Shown here: in pieces, positions 30,177 through 39,670 of the stretch
Numbering within the stretch: position 1 is the first letter of the stretch
How the letters are laid out: each line of letters opens with the position of its first letter
Source: Candidatus Gastranaerophilaceae bacterium
GTDB lineage: Bacteria; Cyanobacteriota; Vampirovibrionia; Gastranaerophilales; Gastranaerophilaceae
Direction of reading: 5' to 3'
Length of the DNA: 64,000 nucleotides
Assembly (NCBI GenBank): GCA_045636305.1
Contig: JAZTXF010000047.1
Coordinates: forward strand, 1,658-65,657
Translations under genes and position numbers: made by a program
The notes under the pieces: generated by a model
What the model saw: the letters and a program-made list of their open reading frames with translations, nothing else
The model's database searches: none
Told to the model about the DNA's origin: nothing

Positions 30177-30887
30177 TTAGGTAAAAGTAGAAAATATTTT
30201 TATGTAAATAAAAATAGAAGTCAGAATTAGGATAATTCCGCTTATTTTGATTAAAAAGTTTGATACTTTGCTTATTTTGTGCATGTTTTTAAATACAGAG
30301 GTAAAAACACCTGCCAAGACTATTATTAAGCCTTGTCCCAGTGCAAACAAAAAGAGCATTAAGCACGCGGTGATTATGTTTGCGCTTAGTGATGCATACC
30401 CCATTATGCCTGCTAGAATAGGTGTTGAGCAAGGCGTGGAGGCAAGGGCAAAAAGTATTCCTATTATTATTGGGTATAAGAATAAATCGTGCCCGTTGTT
30501 TTGTGGCATTTCTTTTATGAATACCGGCATGTTAATATCCAAGAGACCTAACAGGTTTAGCCCCATGAGCAAGATTATACCGTTTATAAATAGTGAAAAA
30601 TATGCTGCATATTGATTTAAGAATATTTTTCCGCTTAAAGCACAAAAAAGCCCAATTGTAGTTAAAATTGTAGCCATGCCGAGCACAAAAAAGGTCATTT
30701 GAAAAAATGTTTTAATACCGCTTTTGTTGCTGTAACCGGCTATATATCCGATGATTATCGGTAAAATACCTAAGCTGCATGGAGATAACGAGGCTATTAT
30801 CCCACCCAAAAAAGATATCAAATATATCCACCAAGGAAAATTTGAGCCAGTTATTTCTTGATTAAATAAATTAATTAAATTATCCAT
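30177..30887 (-). CDS. ccdA: Cytochrome c biogenesis CcdA/DsbD-type thiol-disulfide transporter
   Basis: Six TM segments. The two conserved Cys lie in LSPCSLGILP and STPCSTPIL. Confidence 0.8.
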   Translation of the reverse strand: MDNLINLFNQEITGSNFPWWIYLISFLGGIIASLSPCSLGILPIIIGYIAGYSNKSGIKTFFQMTFFVLGMATILTTIGLFCALSGKIFLNQYAAYFSLFINGIILLMGLNLLGLLDINMPVFIKEMPQNNGHDLFLYPIIIGILFALASTPCSTPILAGIMGYASLSANIITACLMLFLFALGQGLIIVLAGVFTSVFKNMHKISKVSNFLIKISGIILILTSIFIYIKIFSTFT

Positions 30888-31275
30888 TAATCAACTCTTT
30901 TAAGTATCTTTCAAGATGTTCTTTTTTTTCAAATCCTTCAACTTTGCGCTCTTTTTGATTTTTTGTATCAATAAAGATTAAAGTCGGTACAACAGTTACT
31001 CCATATTTTTCTATTTGTTCTTGAGTATTTTTATTATTTGAAGTCGCATCAATTTCTATAAAATTAATTTTATCTTGATAATTAGGTTTTATTTCTTCAA
31101 GTTCATCTGCCAATTTTTTACAATCCATGCACATAGGTGAAGAAAATTTTATTACTGATGGCATTTCAATAGCGTGCGCGCTAAACGATTTTTTAGCCTC
31201 CTGATTGTTTTTTAGTCCCCAATAAACAGCCAATGGTAATGTTAATATCACTAATGCAACTATCCAATTTTTCAT
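30880..31275 (-). CDS. Membrane-anchored thioredoxin-fold protein
   Basis: Signal/anchor, then FSSPMCMDCKKL (CxxC). Overlaps ccdA by 8 nt. Confidence 0.7.
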   Translation of the reverse strand: MKNWIVALVILTLPLAVYWGLKNNQEAKKSFSAHAIEMPSVIKFSSPMCMDCKKLADELEEIKPNYQDKINFIEIDATSNNKNTQEQIEKYGVTVVPTLIFIDTKNQKERKVEGFEKKEHLERYLKELING

Positions 31276-31470
31276 GTAAAACCTCCTGTATTATTTCAAT
31301 ATCAAGATAGACTTAAAATTTAAAAATTTATATTACTCTGTTGAGTATTTTTCCGGATGATTAAAATTCGTTAATATGTGTTCAATGTAGGCTTGTATTA
31401 AAAATATGTTTATTATAAGCTTTTAATTACCTTAAGCAAGGTGTAGTGCATTTAAGAAAAGGAGAAAATG

Positions 31471-31680
31471 ATGCCTAAAATGAAAACTCACCGTGCGGGA
31501 GCTAAAAGATATAAGCTTACTGGCACAGGTAAAATTTTAAGAAGACAAGCAGGCACAAAGCACTTATTGCAGCATAAATCACAGGCTCGTAAGAATAGAT
31601 TGTCTTCTATGGTAGAAGTTTCAGATTCACACAAAAGTCTAGTGTTGAAACAACTTCCATATGCTAAAAAACACAAATAG
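31471..31680 (+). CDS. rpmI: Ribosomal protein L35
   Basis: MPKMKTHRAGAKRYKLTGTGK. Confidence 0.95.
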   Translation: MPKMKTHRAGAKRYKLTGTGKILRRQAGTKHLLQHKSQARKNRLSSMVEVSDSHKSLVLKQLPYAKKHK

Positions 31681-31711
31681 TTACTAGTTAAGACAATCAA
31701 AGGAGATAAAA

Positions 31712-32065
31712 ATGAGAGTCAAACGCGGAAACGTTTTACGTAAACGTCACAAAAAAATCTTAAAATTAGCTAAAGGCTTTAAAGGCGCAAGAAGTAGAAT
31801 ATTTAAAGTTGCTAACTGTGCTGTAATGAAAGCTCTTAAATATTCTTACAGAGACAGACGTAATCTAAAAAGAAATATGCGCCGTCTTTGGATTATTAGA
31901 ATTAATGCAGCTGTTAGACAATATGGTTTGAGCTATTCAAAATTTATGAATGCTCTTAAAAAATCAGAAATCGAGATTAACAGAAAAATGCTTGCTGAAC
32001 TTGCAGTAAACGAAAAAGAGGCATTTGAAGTTATTGTAGAAACAGCAAAAGCTCAAATTAAATAG
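31712..32065 (+). CDS. rplT: Ribosomal protein L20
   Basis: [28 protein letters not shown]. Confidence 0.95.
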   Translation: MRVKRGNVLRKRHKKILKLAKGFKGARSRIFKVANCAVMKALKYSYRDRRNLKRNMRRLWIIRINAAVRQYGLSYSKFMNALKKSEIEINRKMLAELAVNEKEAFEVIVETAKAQIK

Positions 32066-32084
32066 TAAAAGCTTTTAAAGAGAG

Positions 32085-32116
32085 AAAAAACGCAAGGATA
32101 ACCTTGCGTTTTTTTA
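32085..32116 (+). terminator. Rho-independent terminator
   Basis: A-run, CGCAAGG-ATAA-CCTTGCG, then T7. Confidence 0.9.
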
Positions 32117-32239
32117 TGTTTTATCATTCTTAGGGCGATGAGTGCGAGTAGTAACAGTTTTTGAGTCTTTTCAGTAATCGCAATTGACCGGAAAATCTAA
32201 ACGGAAATTACCTACATCGTAACATTTTGTTACATACAC

Positions 32240-32266
32240 TAAAGTTTTATCTGTTTTTGCCGATAA
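32240..32266 (+). promoter_or_regulatory. Sigma-28 (FliA/SigD)-type promoter, exact consensus
   Basis: TAAAGTTT (32240-32247), N11, GCCGATAA (32259-32266). This is identical to the enterobacterial consensus TAAAGTTT-N11-GCCGATAA. Confidence 0.75.
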
Positions 32267-32418
32267 ATACAAAGTAAGAGCAAACCAACGTCAAGGAGAA
32301 AACAAAAGATATAGGGATTAAATATTAAGTATTGTAACAATATATACAAAGTATGAAATTCGTCAATATTTTATGTTTTTAAATAGATGTGGTTAACAAA
32401 AGATAAGGTAAAAGAACA

Positions 32419-33216
32419 ATGGGTTTAGCAGCATCACAAGCAAGATTACTTCTATTAACAGCAAGAAAAAGCGATTTGGAATATCGTGCTCAAATGATTT
32501 GCCAAAGAAAAGTTATGTTGGCAATGCAAACAGAAGAGTTAGCTTCTAATTATTCTAAAGCGTTGAATAACAGAAAGCTCCATTTTACATATGCAGCAGA
32601 ATCAAACCCTCAAACAACTAAAACTGAATTATTGACTTATGAGGGCTTAACAGCTGCTCAAAACGCTAAGAAATATAGAATTGTAGATAGCATGGGTAGA
32701 GTTGTAATAACTACAGCAGAAGCGGCAAGTGGTAGTTGTCAAAGATTCTTCCCGAAAGAATCTTATCAACAAGGTGAGTCACCGTATTTAGAAACTATTG
32801 ATGAATCTATGTATACAACCCAATATAGCGAGATGTTGAAGAACCCTGAAGCATTTCAAAACGCGTTACAAGCAGGTACATTCTTTATTGAAGAAATTAC
32901 TGTAGAACCAGGACCTCCGGTGCAAACAGAAGATGCTGAGGGTAATGTAGCAGAAGTTCAAACATTTGTTGCTTCAACAAGCATAAAAGCAATATCTGCA
33001 ATGGATGATGTAGCATCAAAACTTTATCAAGATGATGATGCTGCTGCAGCTGCAGAGTATGAATATCAATCATTATTAATTCAAAACCAAGACAAACAAC
33101 TTGATGTTGAGTTGAAACAGGTTGAAACACAGCAAAAAGCTTGCGAAACAGAAATCGATTCAGTTAAAAAAGTTCTTGATAAAAACATTGAAAAATCATT
33201 CAAAACATTTGCATAA
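32419..33216 (+). CDS. Orphan 265-aa protein with helical/coiled-coil termini, downstream of a sigma-28 promoter
   Basis: Clean monocistronic ORF between two strong terminators. Starts MGLAASQARLLLLTARKSDLEYRAQ and ends in a heptad-rich tail. No family signature recognised. Confidence 0.7.
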   Translation: MGLAASQARLLLLTARKSDLEYRAQMICQRKVMLAMQTEELASNYSKALNNRKLHFTYAAESNPQTTKTELLTYEGLTAAQNAKKYRIVDSMGRVVITTAEAASGSCQRFFPKESYQQGESPYLETIDESMYTTQYSEMLKNPEAFQNALQAGTFFIEEITVEPGPPVQTEDAEGNVAEVQTFVASTSIKAISAMDDVASKLYQDDDAAAAAEYEYQSLLIQNQDKQLDVELKQVETQQKACETEIDSVKKVLDKNIEKSFKTFA

Positions 33217-33232
33217 TAAATAGATATAAAAG

Positions 33233-33262
33233 AAAAAGCAACCTTTGAAGGTTGCTTTTTCT
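33233..33262 (+). terminator. Rho-independent terminator
   Basis: AAAAAGCAACC-TTTGAA-GGTTGCTTTTT. Confidence 0.9.
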
Positions 33263-33368
33263 TTTATTTTTAAAATGTCCTTCATATGATTGATTTTGAC
33301 ATTTACAAAATTTACACCTTTAATTTTCTATAATATAATCATTTTGAATTAGATTATGGGGAAAAAGA

Positions 33369-35657
33369 ATGAATAATTTTAACGGCAAAGTGCCTACTTG
33401 CGATTTAGAAAGAGAACTTTTTGTTTCAGTTGAAGCTAAAACTCCTGATTATATTAAAAATAATAGTTTAATCAATCTTTCTGATAGGGGCGAATTAGTA
33501 TTTAGGCTAAAAAGAGAACATTTAGCTCCATATAGTGAAACAAATCCTGAGGGATTGGATTTGAATGATTGGTTTAAAAACTATGCTAAAGAAGCAGAAG
33601 TTTCAACCGCTGGAATTCGAGGACCTCAAAATATTTTGTACCCACATGATACGCGTTTTCCGATAAATTTGGTTGGTGTTATGTTAGCAACACATGCCAA
33701 AGCGCTTGCAGCAAAAGAAAATTATTTAGGTGAAAAATTATTAAAATTAGTAGGCAGTGAAGTTAGATATAATTCTGATAAATTTTTAGATGTTATTGCG
33801 AGAGTACAAGCGGCACAAGGAATAAAAACACTTACTTCTTATCAACGAAAAACTATGCCGATTTGGTTGGCATCATTTTTGGCATTTAAATTGGATTTGT
33901 TAGGCGGTGAATATATTACATCAAGTCACGGTATCAGTGTGAAAAATGCAACAAAAGATTTAAATTCTCAGGGTAGTCAGTACTTGCCTGAAGAGTCTAT
34001 GCAGTTTGTAAATAAAATAAAAGAAATTTTTGCGATTGTAGAACGCGATGGATATTATGATATTAAGCTATCTGCGGTAGATAATGAGCTTATTGATGAA
34101 AATTACATGAAATCCATAAATGATGGTATAGAGCTTTACAAAGAGTATTTGCAAAGTGGTGTTGCAAATGAAGTAAATCTGAATTTGATTAAAAATTTGA
34201 AAAATAAACTTGTTATTGAAAACGTTGGTGGTAGTGCTTATAGAACTTTATCAAAATTGTTGAGAGAGTTAGATATAGATGAAAAATTTGATTGGTTTAA
34301 TATTGAAGAAGACCCATTTTTCCATTCTATTGGTAAATACGACCACGATGCTAACGGGAATAAATGTTTCTATGATTATTCAGTAGATGCTACTGTTTTA
34401 TCTAAAGATGAAAATGGTGTTCCATATTTTCCTGTTATTAAAAGTTTGAAATATGACGAAAAGCTTAAGGATTATCCGGTAGGAACAGTTGTTTTGATAA
34501 CAGACCCTGATCATGACAGATTGACAGTTACTCAAGTTGAGAGCGCTTCTGAGTGCGGAAAACTTAATAAGTTAGGCGTTGATACAGTTAAGTTAGGCGA
34601 TGAAAAAGTTTTGGTTGTTTATACAGCAAACCAAGCATTTTTAATGATTATGGATTTTTGGGCAAAGCAGCTTAAAAAAAACGGAAGTTTTGAAAAAACA
34701 CCTAAGTTTATAATTAAAACTACAGCATCTGCAAAATCTTGGGATGAGTGGGCAAATAACAACGGTGTAAAAGTAGTTAATGTGCCTGTTGGTTTTAAAG
34801 AGATTGCCAATGTAATGAAAAAGGTAGAAAAACAAATTAATGATAAAGTAGAAAATGTTGTAGTTACAGACGTTTTTGGTAATGATATCAATTTAGGAAA
34901 AAATCCGAGAGTTATTTTTGCCGGTGAAGAGTCAGGAGGAATGATTATCGGCTCTGAAGATATCATAGTATCAAAATCAGGCAGAAAAGCGATTGCTATG
35001 CGTGAAAAGAGCGCTACTGAGGCAATTATTGTAGCCTCTGCGTTAGTTGGTGAATTAGAACAAACCGGTATGACTTTGTCTCAATATTTGTTAAGAGTTT
35101 TTGAAGATAATAATATTATTGCTCGTTATGATATAAGAGAAGATATTTCTTATTATAATGAAAGTGAGCCTGATATTCAAAAGCTTAAAGAGTCAAAAGT
35201 TGCGGGTGAAGCATTGAGAACGAAAAATGATTTGTTCTATTTAACTTTAGCTGTGATGTATAAAGATGGAAAAATTGAGTTAGATTCAATCAAAGAAATA
35301 TTAAGTTCTGTTTTTGATACTTTATCATTTGAGAATTTAACAGATGTTAAATTTGTAGGAGATGGGACTTATCTATTGTTCACTGATAAGTTTATAGAGA
35401 TTCGCCCTTCCGGAACAGATGCAAAAACAAAAGCATATGGCGCAGGTGATACGAAAGATAATATTAAAAAATATGCCCAAATTTTGGGTAATTATTCCGG
35501 CGAGTTGAATTCTGTTTATAAAAAATATGTTCCGGAACCAGAATATAATTCCGCAAAGGAAAAATCAATGAAAGATTATTTAGAGTTTACGGATAAAGAC
35601 GCAAATAATGAAAAATTTATTATACCTAATTATGAAATTACTTTAGGGATTAAGTAG
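33369..35657 (+). CDS. Divergent long-form alpha-D-phosphohexomutase superfamily protein (762 aa)
   Basis: ITSSHGIS in place of TASHNP. TDPDHDRL in place of DGDxDR. GEESGGMI. IRPSGTDAKTKAYG phosphate loop. Confidence 0.7.
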   Translation: MNNFNGKVPTCDLERELFVSVEAKTPDYIKNNSLINLSDRGELVFRLKREHLAPYSETNPEGLDLNDWFKNYAKEAEVSTAGIRGPQNILYPHDTRFPINLVGVMLATHAKALAAKENYLGEKLLKLVGSEVRYNSDKFLDVIARVQAAQGIKTLTSYQRKTMPIWLASFLAFKLDLLGGEYITSSHGISVKNATKDLNSQGSQYLPEESMQFVNKIKEIFAIVERDGYYDIKLSAVDNELIDENYMKSINDGIELYKEYLQSGVANEVNLNLIKNLKNKLVIENVGGSAYRTLSKLLRELDIDEKFDWFNIEEDPFFHSIGKYDHDANGNKCFYDYSVDATVLSKDENGVPYFPVIKSLKYDEKLKDYPVGTVVLITDPDHDRLTVTQVESASECGKLNKLGVDTVKLGDEKVLVVYTANQAFLMIMDFWAKQLKKNGSFEKTPKFIIKTTASAKSWDEWANNNGVKVVNVPVGFKEIANVMKKVEKQINDKVENVVVTDVFGNDINLGKNPRVIFAGEESGGMIIGSEDIIVSKSGRKAIAMREKSATEAIIVASALVGELEQTGMTLSQYLLRVFEDNNIIARYDIREDISYYNESEPDIQKLKESKVAGEALRTKNDLFYLTLAVMYKDGKIELDSIKEILSSVFDTLSFENLTDVKFVGDGTYLLFTDKFIEIRPSGTDAKTKAYGAGDTKDNIKKYAQILGNYSGELNSVYKKYVPEPEYNSAKEKSMKDYLEFTDKDANNEKFIIPNYEITLGIK

Positions 35658-35728
35658 GTTAAGAAATATTTATTATTTGTATAATTTGGACAAAATGATA
35701 TCATAACTAAATATGGAGAAATAAAGGC

Positions 35729-36406
35729 ATGCACCATTGGGTTGTACAATTTAATAATATAAGCGTTAATATGGACACATTAGTCACAATGTGGGCATGT
35801 ATGTTGTTCTTGGTTGTACTTGCGTTTTTTATGACACGCAATTTATCATTGGTGCCTAATAGAATGCAATTAATCGGGGAAAAAATTCTTGAGTTTTTCT
35901 GGGGATTGACTGATTCAATGGTTGGAGAAAAAGGCAGAAAACATGTGCCTTTAGCCGCGTCATTGTTCATATTTATTTTGATAGCAAATTTAAGCGGACA
36001 GTTACCTTTAAGATTATTTCATTTAAAAGAAGGAGAGTTTGCATCTCCAACGAATGATATAAATTTGACCGCAGCAATGGCGGTAATTGTATTAGTATAT
36101 TATCTAATTGCAGGAATTAAGGCTAAAGGTGTTAAATTTATTTATCATGGTTTTGATTTTAATGGTATAATTTTGACACTTGTGGATTTACTTGAAATGT
36201 TTACAAGACCTTTGAGTTTGGCAATCCGACTTTTTGCGAATATTTTAGCAGGAGAAATTTTGGTTACTATGGTTTTGGGAGCATGTGCATTAATTGCTCC
36301 GATACCGGTTATGTTATTTGAAGTATTGGTTGCATTCATACAGGCGTTTGTCTTTATGATGTTAACTTTAGCTTATATTTCATCATCAATAAATGAATCA
36401 CATTAA
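35729..36406 (+). CDS. atpB: Fo ATP synthase subunit a
   Basis: LSLAIRLFANILAGEIL motif. First gene of the atp cluster. Confidence 0.92.
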   Translation: MHHWVVQFNNISVNMDTLVTMWACMLFLVVLAFFMTRNLSLVPNRMQLIGEKILEFFWGLTDSMVGEKGRKHVPLAASLFIFILIANLSGQLPLRLFHLKEGEFASPTNDINLTAAMAVIVLVYYLIAGIKAKGVKFIYHGFDFNGIILTLVDLLEMFTRPLSLAIRLFANILAGEILVTMVLGACALIAPIPVMLFEVLVAFIQAFVFMMLTLAYISSSINESH

Positions 36407-36427
36407 AATAAAAAAGGAGAAAATTTT

Positions 36428-36667
36428 ATGACAATTTCAACAGCGGCAGCAGGCTTAACAAATTTAGGTGCAGGTATTGCAATCGGTTTTGGTGCAGTAG
36501 GTGCAGGTTTAGGTATTGGTATAGCTACAAAAGGTTTGATGGAAGCTATATCTCGTCAACCTGAAATTGCGGGTAAAGCGGTTGGTTTCTTTATGTTGGG
36601 TGCTGCTCTTGCAGAAGCTTGTGCTTTGTATGCATTCGTTGTAGCGTTTATGCTTCTAGGTAAATAG
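36428..36667 (+). CDS. atpE: Fo ATP synthase subunit c
   Basis: Hairpin proteolipid of 79 aa with GxGxGxG, RQPE and the carboxylate in LAEACALY. Confidence 0.95.
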   Translation: MTISTAAAGLTNLGAGIAIGFGAVGAGLGIGIATKGLMEAISRQPEIAGKAVGFFMLGAALAEACALYAFVVAFMLLGK

Positions 36668-36674
36668 GTGAAAA

Positions 36675-37097
36675 ATGGAATTTAATGCAACTTTTTTAGT
36701 TTCAGCAGTAAGTTTTATCATTTTTACGTTGGTAATGAATAAATTACTTTATCAGCCTCTTAGTGAGATTATAGCTAGGCGTAAATCATACTTAGAGTCT
36801 AATTCGTTGTATGTAAGGGAAAATCTTGATAAAATAGATTTTATCCGTAATGATAAAGAAAAAAAATTGTCAGAAGCTCGTACAGAGGTTAAAAATCTTA
36901 TTGCGAATGAAGTAGATGCTTCAAAAAATAAAAAAATGCAGTTTGAGGTAGATAAAAAGTTAGAGCTTGCACAAAAAATTTCTAATGAAAAGGATGAATT
37001 AGCTCAAGAAAAAGAGAAAGCCTCTCAAGAGCTTAATAATTCATCAAATGACTTATCTGAAATAGTTATTTCTAAGTTAATTGGAGGTGATTTTTAA
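36675..37097 (+). CDS. atpF2: Fo ATP synthase subunit b'
   Basis: Single TM helix plus a long charged helix. First of two consecutive b-type genes. Confidence 0.8.
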   Translation: MEFNATFLVSAVSFIIFTLVMNKLLYQPLSEIIARRKSYLESNSLYVRENLDKIDFIRNDKEKKLSEARTEVKNLIANEVDASKNKKMQFEVDKKLELAQKISNEKDELAQEKEKASQELNNSSNDLSEIVISKLIGGDF

Positions 37098-37606
37098 TGC
37101 CAACAGTTGAGTTGTCTATTAATGGACTATTACACGGTAATGTCTTTAACTTTTTAATTTTATTTGCACTATTTGTATATTTATTTATTAAGTTTAAAGT
37201 TGTAAATGTATTGAATAATGCTAAAAATAAAGTTATTGAGTTGATTGAAAAATCTGAAGAAGAAAAATTAAATTCGGAAAAATCATTACAAGAAATTAAA
37301 AAGGATGTTGAGAATTTACCGTTAGAAATAGAAAAAATTAATAATGATGCTCAAAAAACAATAGAAGCTTTCAGAAAAGCATCAGATGCAGATATCGAGG
37401 AATTGTCACAACGATTGGAAAATGGAGCTCAAAAAAATATTGAAAATGAAATTCAAAAAGTTAATAATTCCTTGCAGCAAGAGTTGGCTTTAAAGGTTGT
37501 AACTTTGGCTAACGAAAAAACTTTGGCTAAACTTAATGAAAATTCTGAGTTTCATAGAAAGTTTATTGTTGAGGCTATAGATAAAATTGAGGAAATTGAA
37601 ATATAA
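37097..37606 (+). CDS. atpF: Fo ATP synthase subunit b
   Basis: Single TM helix plus a long charged helix. Lies between b' and delta. Confidence 0.8.
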   Translation: MPTVELSINGLLHGNVFNFLILFALFVYLFIKFKVVNVLNNAKNKVIELIEKSEEEKLNSEKSLQEIKKDVENLPLEIEKINNDAQKTIEAFRKASDADIEELSQRLENGAQKNIENEIQKVNNSLQQELALKVVTLANEKTLAKLNENSEFHRKFIVEAIDKIEEIEI

Positions 37607-38139
37607 TGTCAACAGTTAATCCTAAACAATTGAAAATTGCTAAACGTTATGCTTCTGCATTGGCAAAGCTGGACTCTCGAGATGAGGTATATTATGATTT
37701 GCAAAAAGTTGAGCAAGTTTTTAAAGAATCAGCAGAATTAAGAGAATTTTTAGAAAATCCTGTTATCACTGTTTTTGATAAAAAAGATGTGATGAGTAAA
37801 GTTTTTTCTGATTTAAAGGATAACACATTTAATTTTTTATCAATATTAATAGACAAAAATAGAATAGTTTATTTTGATGCGATATTAGAACAGTTATGTA
37901 ATGAGATAGATGAATTAAATAATGTTACTCGTGTGGAAATTGTTTCAGCTGTTGAATTGACAGAGGAAGAGAAGTTTAATTTAAAAGATAAGCTGCAGCG
38001 CAAATTAAGTTGTAATGTTTCTTCTAAGTATATAATTGATGAATCAATTTATGCAGGATTAATAATAAAAATTGGCGATAAAGTTATTGATAATAGCTTG
38101 AAATCCCGTTTTGAAAATTTAAAAAGACAATTAATGTAA
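37606..38139 (+). CDS. atpH: F1 ATP synthase delta subunit (OSCP)
   Basis: Position, size, and the [12 protein letters not shown]-terminus. Confidence 0.85.
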   Translation: MSTVNPKQLKIAKRYASALAKLDSRDEVYYDLQKVEQVFKESAELREFLENPVITVFDKKDVMSKVFSDLKDNTFNFLSILIDKNRIVYFDAILEQLCNEIDELNNVTRVEIVSAVELTEEEKFNLKDKLQRKLSCNVSSKYIIDESIYAGLIIKIGDKVIDNSLKSRFENLKRQLM

Positions 38140-38152
38140 TAAGGATAAAATT

Positions 38153-39664
38153 ATGAGCGCAATCAGACCTGATGAAATCAGTTCATTAATCAAAAGTAAA
38201 ATCGAAAATTATCAATCAGCCGTTGAAGTATCTAATCAAGGACAAGTTCTTGAGGTAGGCGATGGTATTGCCAGAATTTATGGATTAACTTCAGCAATGT
38301 CCAGTGAGTTAGTAGAATTCGATGACGGGCATGGAACTTTAGGTATTATTCAAAACTTGGAAGAAGACAACGTTGGTGTTGTAATATTGGGTGATTATAA
38401 GCAAATTAAAGAGGGAATGTCGGTTAAAACTACCGGAAGAATTGCTTCTGTTCCAGTAGGAGATGCTCTTATTGGACGTATTGTTGATCCCAACGGAAAA
38501 CCTATTGATGGGAAAGGTGAAATTCATACAGAAAAAACAAGACCAATCGAAAGAGTTGCACCGGGTATTATTACCAGAAAATCTGTACACCAACCTTTGC
38601 AAACAGGATTAACGACAATAGATGCGCTTACTCCTATTGGTCGTGGACAAAGAGAATTGATTATTGGTGACAGACAAACAGGAAAGACTGCGATTGCAAT
38701 AGATACTATACTCAACCAAAAAGGTAAAGATGTAATTTGTATTTATGTAGCAATAGGTCAAAAAACATCTACAGTCGCTCAATTGGCAAAAGTCTTGGAA
38801 GATAGAGGTGCGATGGATTATACAATTATCGTATCGGCGACCGCTAATGATTCTGCACCACTTCAGTATATTGCACCTTTCGCAGGTTGTGCTATTGGTG
38901 AAGAGTTTATGGAACAAGGCAAACATGTTCTTATTATTTATGATGATTTGACAAAACATGCTCAGGCTTATCGTGCAATGAGCTTGTTATTGAGAAGACC
39001 ACCAGGACGTGAAGCATATCCAGGTGATGTATTCTATTTACACTCAAGATTGTTAGAGAGGGCATGTAAATTAACAGATGAATTGGGTGGTGGTAGTATA
39101 ACAGCGTTGCCTATTATTGAAACTCAGGCTGGTGACGTATCAGCTTATATTCCAACAAACGTTATTTCTATTACAGACGGGCAGATTTTCTTGGAAACAA
39201 ATTTGTTTAACTCTGGTGTCAGACCAGCGATGAATGCTGGTATATCCGTATCTCGTGTAGGTGGTTCTGCTCAAACGAAAGGTATTAAACAAGTTGCAGG
39301 GAAATTAAGACTTGATTTAGCTCAATATAGAGAATTAGAAGCATTTGCACAGTTTGCATCTGATTTGGATAAGTCAACTCGTGACCAGTTATTGAGAGGT
39401 GAAAAACTTACAGAAGTTCTTAAACAGCCTCAATACCAACCTTTATCTGTAGCTGAACAAGTTTCTATTTTGTACGCTGCTGATTGTGGATTGATTGATG
39501 ATGTTGATAATAAAGCAATTCCAGCATTGAAATCAGGTTGGTTTGATTATTTTGCTGTTAATATGCAAGAATTAGTTACACGCTTAAATAATGGCGAAGC
39601 TCTAAGCGAAGAGGATAAGGTTCAACTTAGAGAAAAATTTGTGGAATTTAAATCAACAATGTAG
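38153..39664 (+). CDS. atpA: F1 ATP synthase alpha subunit
   Basis: [60 protein letters not shown]. Confidence 0.97.
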   Translation: MSAIRPDEISSLIKSKIENYQSAVEVSNQGQVLEVGDGIARIYGLTSAMSSELVEFDDGHGTLGIIQNLEEDNVGVVILGDYKQIKEGMSVKTTGRIASVPVGDALIGRIVDPNGKPIDGKGEIHTEKTRPIERVAPGIITRKSVHQPLQTGLTTIDALTPIGRGQRELIIGDRQTGKTAIAIDTILNQKGKDVICIYVAIGQKTSTVAQLAKVLEDRGAMDYTIIVSATANDSAPLQYIAPFAGCAIGEEFMEQGKHVLIIYDDLTKHAQAYRAMSLLLRRPPGREAYPGDVFYLHSRLLERACKLTDELGGGSITALPIIETQAGDVSAYIPTNVISITDGQIFLETNLFNSGVRPAMNAGISVSRVGGSAQTKGIKQVAGKLRLDLAQYRELEAFAQFASDLDKSTRDQLLRGEKLTEVLKQPQYQPLSVAEQVSILYAADCGLIDDVDNKAIPALKSGWFDYFAVNMQELVTRLNNGEALSEEDKVQLREKFVEFKSTM

Positions 39665-39670
39665 GTAAAA

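Noticed and set aside
31276-31470. The absence of infC upstream of rpmI-rplT, and a possible L20-binding leader in the 190-nt upstream region.
   Set aside because: Only a short hairpin (CCTT-AAGC-AAGG) is visible, and I could not identify the pseudoknot or L20-mimic structure. infC may simply be elsewhere, so this is not anomalous enough to report.
35707-35970. An 87-aa minus-strand ORF overlapping the start of atpB.
   Set aside because: It overlaps a clearly genuine subunit-a gene. It has no RBS or motif, and its composition is typical of an antisense frame.
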